A stretch of 64,000 nt of DNA from a virus (Duplodnaviria; Caudoviricetes): positions 1-64,000 of IMG/VR virus record IMGVR_UViG_3300005345_000001. One strand, 5' to 3'. The translations under genes and the position numbers were made by a program. The notes beneath the pieces are model-generated. The model made no database searches and had not been told where the DNA came from. It saw nothing but the letters and a program-made list of their open reading frames with translations. Shown piece after piece: positions 1-8,014 of this stretch. Each line of letters begins with the position of its first letter. Positions within the stretch are counted from its first letter, which is position 1.

Positions 1-96
1 CGTTAACTGGGCCGCGATAGCCCGTCCCGTCTTAATCTTAGCCATGCGTATCTGTTCACTGCCCGATTCCAAGCGCCGCCGGTATTGTTCGTTCAT
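1..96 (-). CDS. Hypothetical protein, 5' part only (runs off the window)
   Basis: ATG at 96 on the minus strand; open frame MNEQYRRRLESGSEQIRMAKIKTGRAIAAQLT to the window edge. Confidence 0.4.
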   Translation of the reverse strand, partial: MNEQYRRRLESGSEQIRMAKIKTGRAIAAQLT

Positions 97-99
97 TGG

Positions 100-178
100 A
101 AAAACAAAAGGCGGTGAATAGCGGCTGACACTGGCTCGAATGGAGGGGGGGACCAGCATCTTACCACTATCACCGCCT
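100..178 (-). terminator. Long stem-loop plus U-tract (terminator- or attenuator-like) just upstream of the gene starting at 96
   Basis: aggcggtga (109-117) is the reverse complement of tcaccgcct (170-178); inner ctgg/ccag pair; minus strand continues TTTGTTTTT. Confidence 0.5.
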
Positions 179-182
179 AAGA

Positions 183-230
183 AATTAAAAGGGGCATGCG
201 CAATTGTCGGTGTGGCAAAGCGCATGCCCC
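183..230 (-). terminator. Intrinsic terminator
   Basis: 11-bp perfect stem ggggcatgcgc (191-201) / gcgcatgcccc (220-230), followed on the minus strand by TTTTAATTT. Confidence 0.7.
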
Positions 231-234
231 GCTG

Positions 235-895
235 TACTGCTAATTCGACCTATTCACAGTCCACCCGTTGTGACCCTTCACCATTGCTAGGGTAGTATAC
301 TCTCCTCTTGGCGATCTACTCGTGTCATCCTGTCGGCATGACTTCTTAGCCCCGTCGCCGGGCAGCGTGCCTGATTGATATGCTCTCCGCTTTCCATGCC
401 AGCCCATCCTTGACGCTAGCTCCGTCGCTCCCTGGACTGCGAGCCCCGTCTGTCCTGGCAAAACCCACCAGCCTTTCAACGCTGATAGGACACCGAAAAA
501 TTCATAGCTAGGCCCCTCTGCGAAGCCTCCAAAAGCAGTCATCTTAGCCAACGTGAGCTCGCCCTAAGGCGGCTGGGGCCCTACGTAGGTCGCGGCTAAC
601 GACCGTTCAAGCCAACCGTCAGCGGTAACAGGGAGCCAGTATCTGGGCTTTCACCCGTGACGACTCCTTGATCCTGCCTAAGTCTATCAATCCTCTGTAT
701 TCCCCCACGGTATCTCATTCTTAGGGGCCGTACAATCCAACCGTCAGATACTACAGGCGGTTGTCCTGCCTACCACACAACCCGTAACCGATTATGCGCG
801 CCCGTTTGTCTGGGCCGTGACCGCGCTGTTTTCGTGTACTCCCTTGCCCTATCACGATTGAATTCCCTGAGTTTAACAGGGTAAGAGGCAAGCTT
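235..895 (-). ncRNA. Candidate large structured ncRNA (possibly GOLLD/ROOL-class phage RNA)
   Basis: About 660 nt with no credible ORF; many nested helices, GNRA loops (GGGU-GAAA-GCCC at 645-656; CUA-GCAA-UGG at 281-290), G-U-rich stems; ends at the 183-230 terminator. Family not confirmed. Confidence 0.5.
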
Positions 896-982
896 TCTCC
901 GTTGTGTAGTTTTGTCTTTTCGCTGTGTGCTCCTTTGTCCCCCCGTATAACCTACGGAGGGACAGTGCGTATAAGCCTAGCC

Positions 983-1471
983 TTAGGCCTTGGCAGGCTC
1001 ACCGGCGGGTTTGTTGGCCCGTTTCGGACCATTCGCTGCCAACTGCTCCCGCGTCGCCTGCAAGGCAACCTGAGCCTCCGCCTTGTCCTTCTCCGCCTTG
1101 CTGGCCTTCCGGGTTTTCATCCCGTCCAACCAAAAGACCAAGATGTCAGGCATGAGACCGATGGACAGATCCCCCTTCGGCTCGCCGTGATCCGTGAATA
1201 CGCGCTGTTGCGCGTCATGCCAGGAAAGGAAGTCCAGCGGAGTACAGGTTTTCCCCGAAAACTCCACCGTGGTCTGCTCGCGCCAGCCCACTTCCTTCCC
1301 CTGCGCCTTCTTTTTCACGTCACCAAGCTTCGGATCCTTCTCCTTGCCTTGCACGTCATTGGCAGCGGACTGGCAAGCCAGCTCCGCTTGCTGAACGTCA
1401 TACCCGGCAGCCTTGATCATGGTCGCGATCTTGGCATGGAAGACAACGATCCGTTTGGTACTGATTTTCAT
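983..1471 (-). CDS. Hypothetical protein (Lys/Ala-rich)
   Basis: 162-aa ORF with ATG start, purine-rich upstream sequence and natural composition. Confidence 0.7.
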   Translation of the reverse strand: MKISTKRIVVFHAKIATMIKAAGYDVQQAELACQSAANDVQGKEKDPKLGDVKKKAQGKEVGWREQTTVEFSGKTCTPLDFLSWHDAQQRVFTDHGEPKGDLSIGLMPDILVFWLDGMKTRKASKAEKDKAEAQVALQATREQLAANGPKRANKPAGEPAKA

Positions 1472-2823
1472 GTTTCCCTTTTGTCCCCACTGTCACGGCC
1501 CAGCCTAGAACACGGGATCTATCACGTGGAAAGCTTAAGGCAATTCGCCTCGCTTCACGTGCCTATTCCGATCCCCATCCCCCAGTCAAACACGGTTTGA
1601 CCGGAAACCTAGCCTGCTAAAGCTAGATCAAGTGCCTTGCACTAAGGAGTGTTCTCCGCAAGTGCCTTGTCCAGAAGGACAAAGGAGCACACTGCTATTT
1701 GACATGCTGAGTCTATTCGCTCGCAGGAACGTTCCTCCCGTTCCTTTAACCAAGTGTGAATACAGGCCTTTTGCAGGCCGTTAAGCTTCACCGGGCAAAC
1801 CGTGATGCTTCACCGATGTTCCGCTGGGGAAGTGTCGCCAGAGTGTCTCGTTTCGCGTGTGCGCCGTTTCACCTGGGTGTTGAAGCTTTCGCAGTCCCGA
1901 CGTGAATCGACTGAGCGGAGGCTGGCCGCTGAAAGGGCCGAAGTCCGATCTGGTTCTATCATCCCGATTGCTATGGTAGGCAATCTAAAGGTGAGGCGAG
2001 GTTTATGCTCGCGTTGTTTCCAGCATTGAAGTTTGTCAAAGGTCGCTGACGGTCATAGGAGCCTATTCCCCGAGTCCAGGATGCCAGAGGCTGGCAGAGA
2101 CTGAACTCACCGTCGACAGGCATTGTCGTTGAGTCTACCTCAACAGTCAATAGCGAAGATACCCTGTGTTTACGGGGGTGAAATGAGATAGTGTAGGATC
2201 TACACACGCTAGGACAAGCTGTGTCTAATCCCCCTCCTACTGGGCAGTATACAAACTAGGTATAGTCGATTGGTATGGCTTAAGCTGTGTAAGCATAAAT
2301 CGTGCCCGTTTCAGAGTCTCCGCTTTCGTTCAGGTATGCTTTTTAGTTATACCTAGTTTCGCTGGTCTGCCGCCAGCTACAGCGGGAAATCCCTTCGCTA
2401 GGGAAACGGCAGAGCACACCACTAGCCTGCAATCGACTGGCCAACCGATAGCTTGCGCAAACCGTTGAGCCTGAGCAGTTCGCATGCCGACCCAGTGGGG
2501 GGAGCCGGGGGCCCGCCGGGGGGTCGCGGAACCATGTATAGGATCGCCTTCTCTACTCTGGCCAAATTGTATGTAACCAGGATGGGTTGGGAGCTGTCCG
2601 CAGGAGTGGCTTTTCCACCATTAGACCCAGTCTGTGACTGGCTCTGGCCTGGACTGGCTGGATTGCTCCTTTCCCTTAACAATCCCTATCCTAAGACACA
2701 GATCCAGACCCAGAATCAGACCCACTGTAGCGTGTTAGGGTTTCGTGAGCTTGCGTTAGTGAGCGTTAGCAACCGTTATCGAAATGCTTGACTGAGCAAG
2801 TGGGCGGGGTCATTCTGAGCGAG

Positions 2824-3192
2824 ATGTTTCAGCCACAGATCAAGCTAGAGCTACCAGCCTACGAGAATCGGAACGAGCTATTGTGGAGCGGCATCCGGAA
2901 TGTTCCTGGATGTTACGGCTGTTACAGCGACGAGTTCGAGTGGCTGTACATAGGGGCATCGAAGCGGCTTCTGGACAGAATCATGCAACGTTATGTGGAT
3001 CAGCATGATGGGCGAGGTAAGGGTTGGAAGTTAGGAGGCTGTATAGAATGGTATGTGGACATGCCGGCCGCGCACCTGGGGTGTCTTTTATACGTTTGGC
3101 GCACAGAGCATTACGTTAGGCTTGAGCGCATGCTTATCAGGAAATACGCCCCGATTTTCAACAAGGCCTTCAACCCGAACTATTGCAAATGA
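2824..3192 (+). CDS. GIY-YIG family nuclease
   Basis: PGCYGCY...LYIGAS..L..RI and ERMLIRKYAPIFN match the GIY-YIG pattern. ATG at 2824 preferred to TTG at 2788. Confidence 0.7.
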   Translation: MFQPQIKLELPAYENRNELLWSGIRNVPGCYGCYSDEFEWLYIGASKRLLDRIMQRYVDQHDGRGKGWKLGGCIEWYVDMPAAHLGCLLYVWRTEHYVRLERMLIRKYAPIFNKAFNPNYCK

Positions 3193-4013
3193 GTCAGCTA
3201 TACGCCCGGGTGTTCACGCAGATCCTGGATTCGTCGATTGCGGAGGATTTTGAGGCTAGGCATGTTTTCGAGGATTTCCTGAAGGTATGCACGATAGGGG
3301 AGCATGGTGGGATAGTGGACATAACGCGGAGTGCATTAGCGCGGAAGTTCAACATGCCGCTGGAGAATTTGAACAGGGCGATTGAGAAGCTAGAGGCGCC
3401 GGATCCGTCGAGCAGGAATGCAGAATTCGAAGGGCGGCGGATAGTGAGATTGGATGATCATCGGGACTGGGGGTGGAGGATCGTGAATTGGGCTGAGTAT
3501 GACAAGTTACGGACGCGGGCGGACACAGCGGCGAGGGTGGCGCGGCATACGGCCAGGAAAAGGGCCAAGGAGAAGGGGGAGGAGCCGCCGGAGGTGCCGG
3601 TTGGGAAATATCACCCAGCCACCGTGGAGGTATTGAATGCCATAAACCGCTTAACTGGGCGCAACTATCGACTTGTTGATGTCCATCTATCGACCATCTC
3701 GGCACGGCTTAAGGAGCCTGGCGTCAGTCGGGAGGGGGCGCTGTTGATGGTGGAACGGCAGTGTGCGCGGTGGAAGGGCACGGACATGGATAAGTATTTG
3801 AGGCCAGCGACGTTATTTGGGAAGGAAAAGTTCGATAATTACTATGCGGCCAAGGATGAACCGGTGAATGCTCCAGCTGCGGCTAGTGGGAGCCATTTTG
3901 TAGAGAGGCGGGAGGGATTAGAATTGCCGTTGATCACGTTTGAAGAATTTGCCAAGAAAGGCCAACCAAAGAAACCTTATGAACCCATCCCCCCAAGACA
4001 GCCTGAGGCCTGA
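3189..4013 (+). CDS. Phage replication initiator protein
   Basis: C-terminal LN..TGR.Y...I.ARL.E...W...M.KYLRP.TLF...F.NY motif typical of phage initiators; directly precedes a DnaC-like ATPase; ATGA overlap with the upstream gene. Confidence 0.85.
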   Translation: MSQLYARVFTQILDSSIAEDFEARHVFEDFLKVCTIGEHGGIVDITRSALARKFNMPLENLNRAIEKLEAPDPSSRNAEFEGRRIVRLDDHRDWGWRIVNWAEYDKLRTRADTAARVARHTARKRAKEKGEEPPEVPVGKYHPATVEVLNAINRLTGRNYRLVDVHLSTISARLKEPGVSREGALLMVERQCARWKGTDMDKYLRPATLFGKEKFDNYYAAKDEPVNAPAAASGSHFVERREGLELPLITFEEFAKKGQPKKPYEPIPPRQPEA

Positions 4014-4572
4014 AGAGCTGGACATGTTCAATCGGTTAAGACCGGACGCCCACATGAAGGGCTCAGGCGCCCCGCTAAGGCACCTGGCTGCCACGCTGCG
4101 GGGTTTTCCGGAGTGGGACAGGGGTCTGGCGGCCCTAAAGGCTAGGATTGGCACTGGCTTCCTTGTCTTGCTGACTGGGGACAGGGCGATTGGCAAGACG
4201 CAGATGGGGGTGGAACTGATTCGGACGATGGCGGACCGGGATAAGCCGGCTCGGTATACGACGTTGACGCGGTTTTTGATGGCGATAAAGGCGACATATC
4301 GACGGGATAGCGACAAATCGGAGGGGGACATCATGAAGTTTTACCGGAATTTTCCGCTGTTGGTCATCGATGAGATCTCCAAAGCCAGAGGCACAGAATG
4401 GGAGGAACAGCTTCTGTATGAGCTGATTAACAGCCGGTATGGGGATATGACGGACACGCTTCTCATCACTAACGCGACGACGGAGCAGCTGAAACGCACG
4501 GGTGATTCGCTGCTTAGCCGGCTCCAGCAGACAGGGGGGATTATCGAATGCAATTGGAGGCCATTCGCATGA
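3940..4572 (+). CDS. DnaC/IstB-like AAA+ helicase loader
   Basis: Walker A GDRAIGKT, Walker B LLVIDE, LINSRY and TLLITN motifs; follows the initiator. Start may be the Met at about 3979. Confidence 0.9.
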   Translation: MKNLPRKANQRNLMNPSPQDSLRPEELDMFNRLRPDAHMKGSGAPLRHLAATLRGFPEWDRGLAALKARIGTGFLVLLTGDRAIGKTQMGVELIRTMADRDKPARYTTLTRFLMAIKATYRRDSDKSEGDIMKFYRNFPLLVIDEISKARGTEWEEQLLYELINSRYGDMTDTLLITNATTEQLKRTGDSLLSRLQQTGGIIECNWRPFA

Positions 4573-5129
4573 GTGGGCGGGGTAAACATCCCAATTCGAT
4601 TGAGTGGGTTTATAGGCGGCGCCAGTATCTGCGGGGGGATCCTGATTATCATCGGTTTTGGTGGCACACAGCGGCCAACCAATGGGGCCGGCTACCACCC
4701 GATGAAGCGTCTGAGCCGGTGGAACGGCTGGACCCGGCCTGGCCAGTTTCAGTCAAGAGCAGTCCGGCCTGGGTGGAGGAAGATTGGCTGGCGTTTTTGG
4801 ACAAGGCGGAGGCAGCCGCATTTAGGGACAACGCTAAATATGGTAAAAACAAGCGGCCTCGTCCTCACAAGAATAGTGGTTGGGCAGCGGGATTGTCGGA
4901 AGGGGTGCGCCGGGGCGCCATCGCTCCAGTGCGGGATCTCTATCCACACACTAACCGTGATGAGCTAGAAGCTAACCGCCGTAACTTGGCCCGGATGCTG
5001 GCCTGTATCCGCCGGGGAGATTCTCCTACAAAACCGTTGCCTAGCCCAAAATGTGATCCGCTTCCGCAAGATTGGAGCACAAACTATCAACCGCCCTTGC
5101 TGGATGCAGAAGCCCGCGCAGATGGTTGA
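4569..5129 (+). CDS. Hypothetical protein
   Basis: ATGA overlap with the loader stop; 186-aa open frame. Confidence 0.55.
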   Translation: MSGRGKHPNSIEWVYRRRQYLRGDPDYHRFWWHTAANQWGRLPPDEASEPVERLDPAWPVSVKSSPAWVEEDWLAFLDKAEAAAFRDNAKYGKNKRPRPHKNSGWAAGLSEGVRRGAIAPVRDLYPHTNRDELEANRRNLARMLACIRRGDSPTKPLPSPKCDPLPQDWSTNYQPPLLDAEARADG

Positions 5130-5155
5130 AGTAGTGACCTGATAGAGGCCGTCCG

Positions 5156-5566
5156 CTATTTGTAGATCCAGACGTTGGTTAAGATCCACAGATTGGTGAG
5201 GTTGGTTATGTTGGTCCACGTGAGGTTGGTCATCACGACCGGAGAGTTGGTCCTAATCGCATAATCGACCCATTTGCTTTCCAGCCGTTTAATCTTGGTC
5301 ACGCTGGACACCTCGTCTGCGCTTAACAGTATATCGATGTCCTGCTCTTTGGCCACCAGGCGCCTGTTTCGTGTGACTGTGATGATCTCATACCGCTCCG
5401 TAGCAGGCCTGAATGGAGCCCCATCTATCGAGGGGTGAGTTTGGTGATAGATTAAAAGGTAAGGATTACGACGCAACTGAGCGCATGTTGAGCAGCCCGA
5501 TTCGTTGCTGCTCTCCACCACGTTAGTCACTAGCGTAACGATGATCGCGGCGAGGAAGTTTGTCAT
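5156..5566 (-). CDS. Small exported or membrane-anchored Thr-Asn-rich protein
   Basis: Hydrophobic N-terminus (FLAAIIVTLV); C-terminal MTNLTWTNITNLTNLWILTNVW. Confidence 0.65.
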   Translation of the reverse strand: MTNFLAAIIVTLVTNVVESSNESGCSTCAQLRRNPYLLIYHQTHPSIDGAPFRPATERYEIITVTRNRRLVAKEQDIDILLSADEVSSVTKIKRLESKWVDYAIRTNSPVVMTNLTWTNITNLTNLWILTNVWIYK

Positions 5567-5578
5567 GGGCTGTGTTGA

Positions 5579-5666
5579 ATTGAGCGCGGTGTTTCATTAG
5601 GTCCGGAGCCGATAGGTAGGCGAATACCCGTTGGCGGATCTCCCGCCACACCATGCCGCGCTCAAA
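5579..5666. other. Intergenic multibranch stem-loop
   Basis: Outer ttgagcgcgg/ccgcgctcaa inverted repeat with inner ggcgg/ccgcc hairpin. Confidence 0.45.
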
Positions 5667-5713
5667 GCCTTGCTAAGGGTCAGTTGTTCAGCGTAGAGAT
5701 TAACAGGAGGAGC

Positions 5714-6163
5714 CTAGCCGTCTCTTCTTGGCGCCGTTTGCGTTCGGCTTCTTCCTCCTCCTCTTGCTGCCGTTTCTTCTTTTCGTCGTCGTTCATAAGC
5801 CTGTTGTTTTAATAGATAACCAAAGGGCACGATCTGCAAAGGTTTACCGGTTTTCTTGGCGCGGCTGATTGTATCGGCGGTGCCTCGGGACAGGCCATCC
5901 CAGAAAGCCACGACCTGGTCGGCTTTCTCCACGATGACGGCGTTGCGTAATAGTCCGGCCTGTTTGCCGTTGTTGTGCCAATCAGCCCGATAAATGGCCA
6001 CCGGCACTTCTCTGGAGGCAGCCCAGCGGTGGGCCAGATAGTCGGCACCTTTGGCCCCACCGCTAATAAGCAGACTCACCGGCATGTAACTGTCGAGAAT
6101 CTCACAGAGCAGCGTGTAATCGGCAAAGCTGCGACTGCCGATGGCAGCTAATATCACGGACAA
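5714..6163 (-). CDS. DUF2493 / YspA-like SLOG family protein
   Basis: GSRSFADY...LISGGAKGAD.LA..WA...ADW...GK.AG..RN..IV...D.VVAFWDG.SRGT..TI signature. Confidence 0.85.
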   Translation of the reverse strand: MSVILAAIGSRSFADYTLLCEILDSYMPVSLLISGGAKGADYLAHRWAASREVPVAIYRADWHNNGKQAGLLRNAVIVEKADQVVAFWDGLSRGTADTISRAKKTGKPLQIVPFGYLLKQQAYERRRKEETAARGGGRSRTQTAPRRDG

Positions 6164-6238
6164 CAGTTAAACCGACGTGACGGAGTGACGTTGAGAGTGG
6201 CGCGAGGGTCTGGTGTATAGTTCATGGCTGTTTATGGA

Positions 6239-6463
6239 CTAGGATACCTCTCGATGCAACACTCTACGGCGCTTTCGCTTGTTCCACGAACCAACCGGCC
6301 AAGTCCTGATGGGCCCGTAGTAGTTCCAGGTGCGTTTCCGTTTGTCTTTCGTTTTCAATAGTTGCCCAGCGGCCGTGGTTTTAGTGGCGGCCTCGATGGG
6401 CTGGGCGCCACCGGGAGGGACTGCTACGCAACGCCACTTTTCGCACTCACGGCTTACGACCAC
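6239..6463 (-). CDS. Hypothetical basic protein
   Basis: 74-aa ORF co-oriented with its neighbours; no motif recognised. Confidence 0.35.
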   Translation of the reverse strand: MVVSRECEKWRCVAVPPGGAQPIEAATKTTAAGQLLKTKDKRKRTWNYYGPIRTWPVGSWNKRKRRRVLHREVS

Positions 6464-6547
6464 GCGGGACCGTAACTCAGGCTGCTAGTGTGATGATGCC
6501 CGATCAACAGGCTTGCGTAAATCCGAAAATTTACGGATGGTCGCTAC

Positions 6548-6913
6548 ATGCGCCGAAAATTGCCTCCACTTTGGGTGGGATGGTTCCTTTGTGCCCTGCT
6601 CATTAGTACCCCACTGGTTTCCTGTTCCTCCTGGAAGGCCACCACCTACAAAAGTGTGGGCTCAACCGTCATCACGGCCGACTCCGCCATGCGGGTCTGG
6701 GCTGTTTACGTGGCAGCCGGCAAAGCCACGGCCGATCGGGAAGCACAAGTGCGACTGGCTTATAACCGGTACCGCACCGCCATGAACGCCGTTATCGATG
6801 CGGGCAAAATCGCCACCACCGCCAACAACACCGCTGCCTTCGATGTGGCCATCGATGTGGCAAGTTCAGCTCAATCCAACTTGGTGGCGATCATCCGTCT
6901 GTTTACTAAATGA
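6548..6913 (+). CDS. Lipoprotein with helical mature part (possible lysis or spanin-like component)
   Basis: Basic N-terminus, hydrophobic core and lipobox LVSC; Ala-rich helical body. Confidence 0.65.
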   Translation: MRRKLPPLWVGWFLCALLISTPLVSCSSWKATTYKSVGSTVITADSAMRVWAVYVAAGKATADREAQVRLAYNRYRTAMNAVIDAGKIATTANNTAAFDVAIDVASSAQSNLVAIIRLFTK

Positions 6914-7107
6914 ATCCCGCCCTCATCATCACCATTATTCAAGCCGCTCTGGCTTTAGCCCCGCAACTGACCCAAGAGATTCGGCTCCTGCTCCAACGTG
7001 GCGACCCCTCCGCAGCCGATTGGGAAGCGCTGCGAGCCAGGTTAGGTAAATCCTACGACGATTACATTAACGAGGCGAAGTCGGCCAGGGGACCCATCTC
7101 TCGATAG
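6910..7107 (+). CDS. Small protein with hydrophobic N-terminus
   Basis: ATGA overlap with the lipoprotein gene; ALIITIIQAALALAP segment. Confidence 0.6.
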   Translation: MNPALIITIIQAALALAPQLTQEIRLLLQRGDPSAADWEALRARLGKSYDDYINEAKSARGPISR

Positions 7108-8014
7108 GCTCAGAGTTCTGCGTGGCGAATCGAAACTGAGGCGGATTATCCCCATACTGCTGGCTCCAACGCCAGTTGGTGATGGCCCAACGCACCCAGC
7201 CTAGCGCCCCACCGAATGGAGTGCGGAACGCCTCTTCGAATTTGCTGCTGTCTAACACCGCTTCACTGCGATGGACGTGCTCTTTTTCGAACTCCTCCTT
7301 GTCCCACAAAAACGCTGGAGTATCCCGCAGCCCAGCCTGGATTAGCAAATCCACCACATCGACCGTCCGTAACGCTCCCCGATTGGTGGCGTGATAAATG
7401 CCCGGTGGCCCTTTGTGTTCTTTGACCATTTCCAGGGAACGCATGGCAAATTCATGGAGGTACGTGACACTGTTGAGGCCATCCAAAATCATCCTGTGAT
7501 GCAAAAGCTTGAAGAGCCAGTTGCGCGGATGGTTGCGGGTATCAAAAGGCATCCGAATCCGGTAGATCCAAGCCCTGCAACCGCTGTCGTGCAGCTCATT
7601 TTCAGCTGCAATCTTGGTCTGAGCATAGAATTGCCCGTAATTATTGGGCTCATCCTCCTCTGTGAAGACTCCGGGCCCGGTAAAAACGCAGCCGCTGGAC
7701 ACGTGGATGAGGGAAACATCCCATTTCTTACAGATTTTACCCAATAACCGGACTGCTGTGACGTTGGCGGCGTAACATTCCTCCTTATTTCGCTCACAAT
7801 CGTCCACCGACCGGCCCGTATAGCCCGCCGCGTTGATGACCAGCTGTGGTTTAACCCCTTCGAAGACCCAATCGAGGTTGCTTTCGCGGGTGTAGTCGCT
7901 CCAATCACGCGAAAGGACGATTGGACGCAAGCCCAGCGAGTGGGCTGCTGCTAAATAGCCGCTGGCCACGTAGCCAGTACCCAAAACAATGATTTTCACC
8001 GGCTCATATACCAC
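7067..8014 (-). CDS. NDP-4-keto-6-deoxyglucose reductase, RmlD superfamily, resembling bifunctional 3,5-epimerase/4-reductase (NRS/ER type)
   Basis: GTGYVA dinucleotide motif, NAAGYTGRSVDDCE, SSGCVF, FYAQTK (YxxxK), RIRMPF, HPRNW, NSVTYLHE. Confidence 0.85.
   Translation of the reverse strand: MVYEPVKIIVLGTGYVASGYLAAAHSLGLRPIVLSRDWSDYTRESNLDWVFEGVKPQLVINAAGYTGRSVDDCERNKEECYAANVTAVRLLGKICKKWDVSLIHVSSGCVFTGPGVFTEEDEPNNYGQFYAQTKIAAENELHDSGCRAWIYRIRMPFDTRNHPRNWLFKLLHHRMILDGLNSVTYLHEFAMRSLEMVKEHKGPPGIYHATNRGALRTVDVVDLLIQAGLRDTPAFLWDKEEFEKEHVHRSEAVLDSSKFEEAFRTPFGGALGWVRWAITNWRWSQQYGDNPPQFRFATQNSEPIERWVPWPTSPR

Noticed and set aside
109-178. tRNA-like or twister-like appearance (UGGUAA, UUCGAG, GCUGGUCCC)
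   Set aside because: No cloverleaf with correct arm lengths, and the twister GAGGG/T1 partner is missing on that strand.
240-551. 103-aa minus-strand ORF
   Set aside because: TTG start, no recognisable motif, and it lies within the densely paired ncRNA candidate; probably not coding.
902-1600. 232-aa plus-strand ORF
   Set aside because: Antisense shadow of the 983-1471 gene; Leu/Arg-rich composition typical of shadows.
5579-5666. Resemblance to a fluoride riboswitch (AUGGUGU...UAAUG..ACACC), SRP RNA (AGGUCCGGA) or HDV-like ribozyme (GGCGAAU)
   Set aside because: Each match is partial: P1/P2 geometry, the GGAAG..GCAG loop and the P2 pairing are not satisfied.
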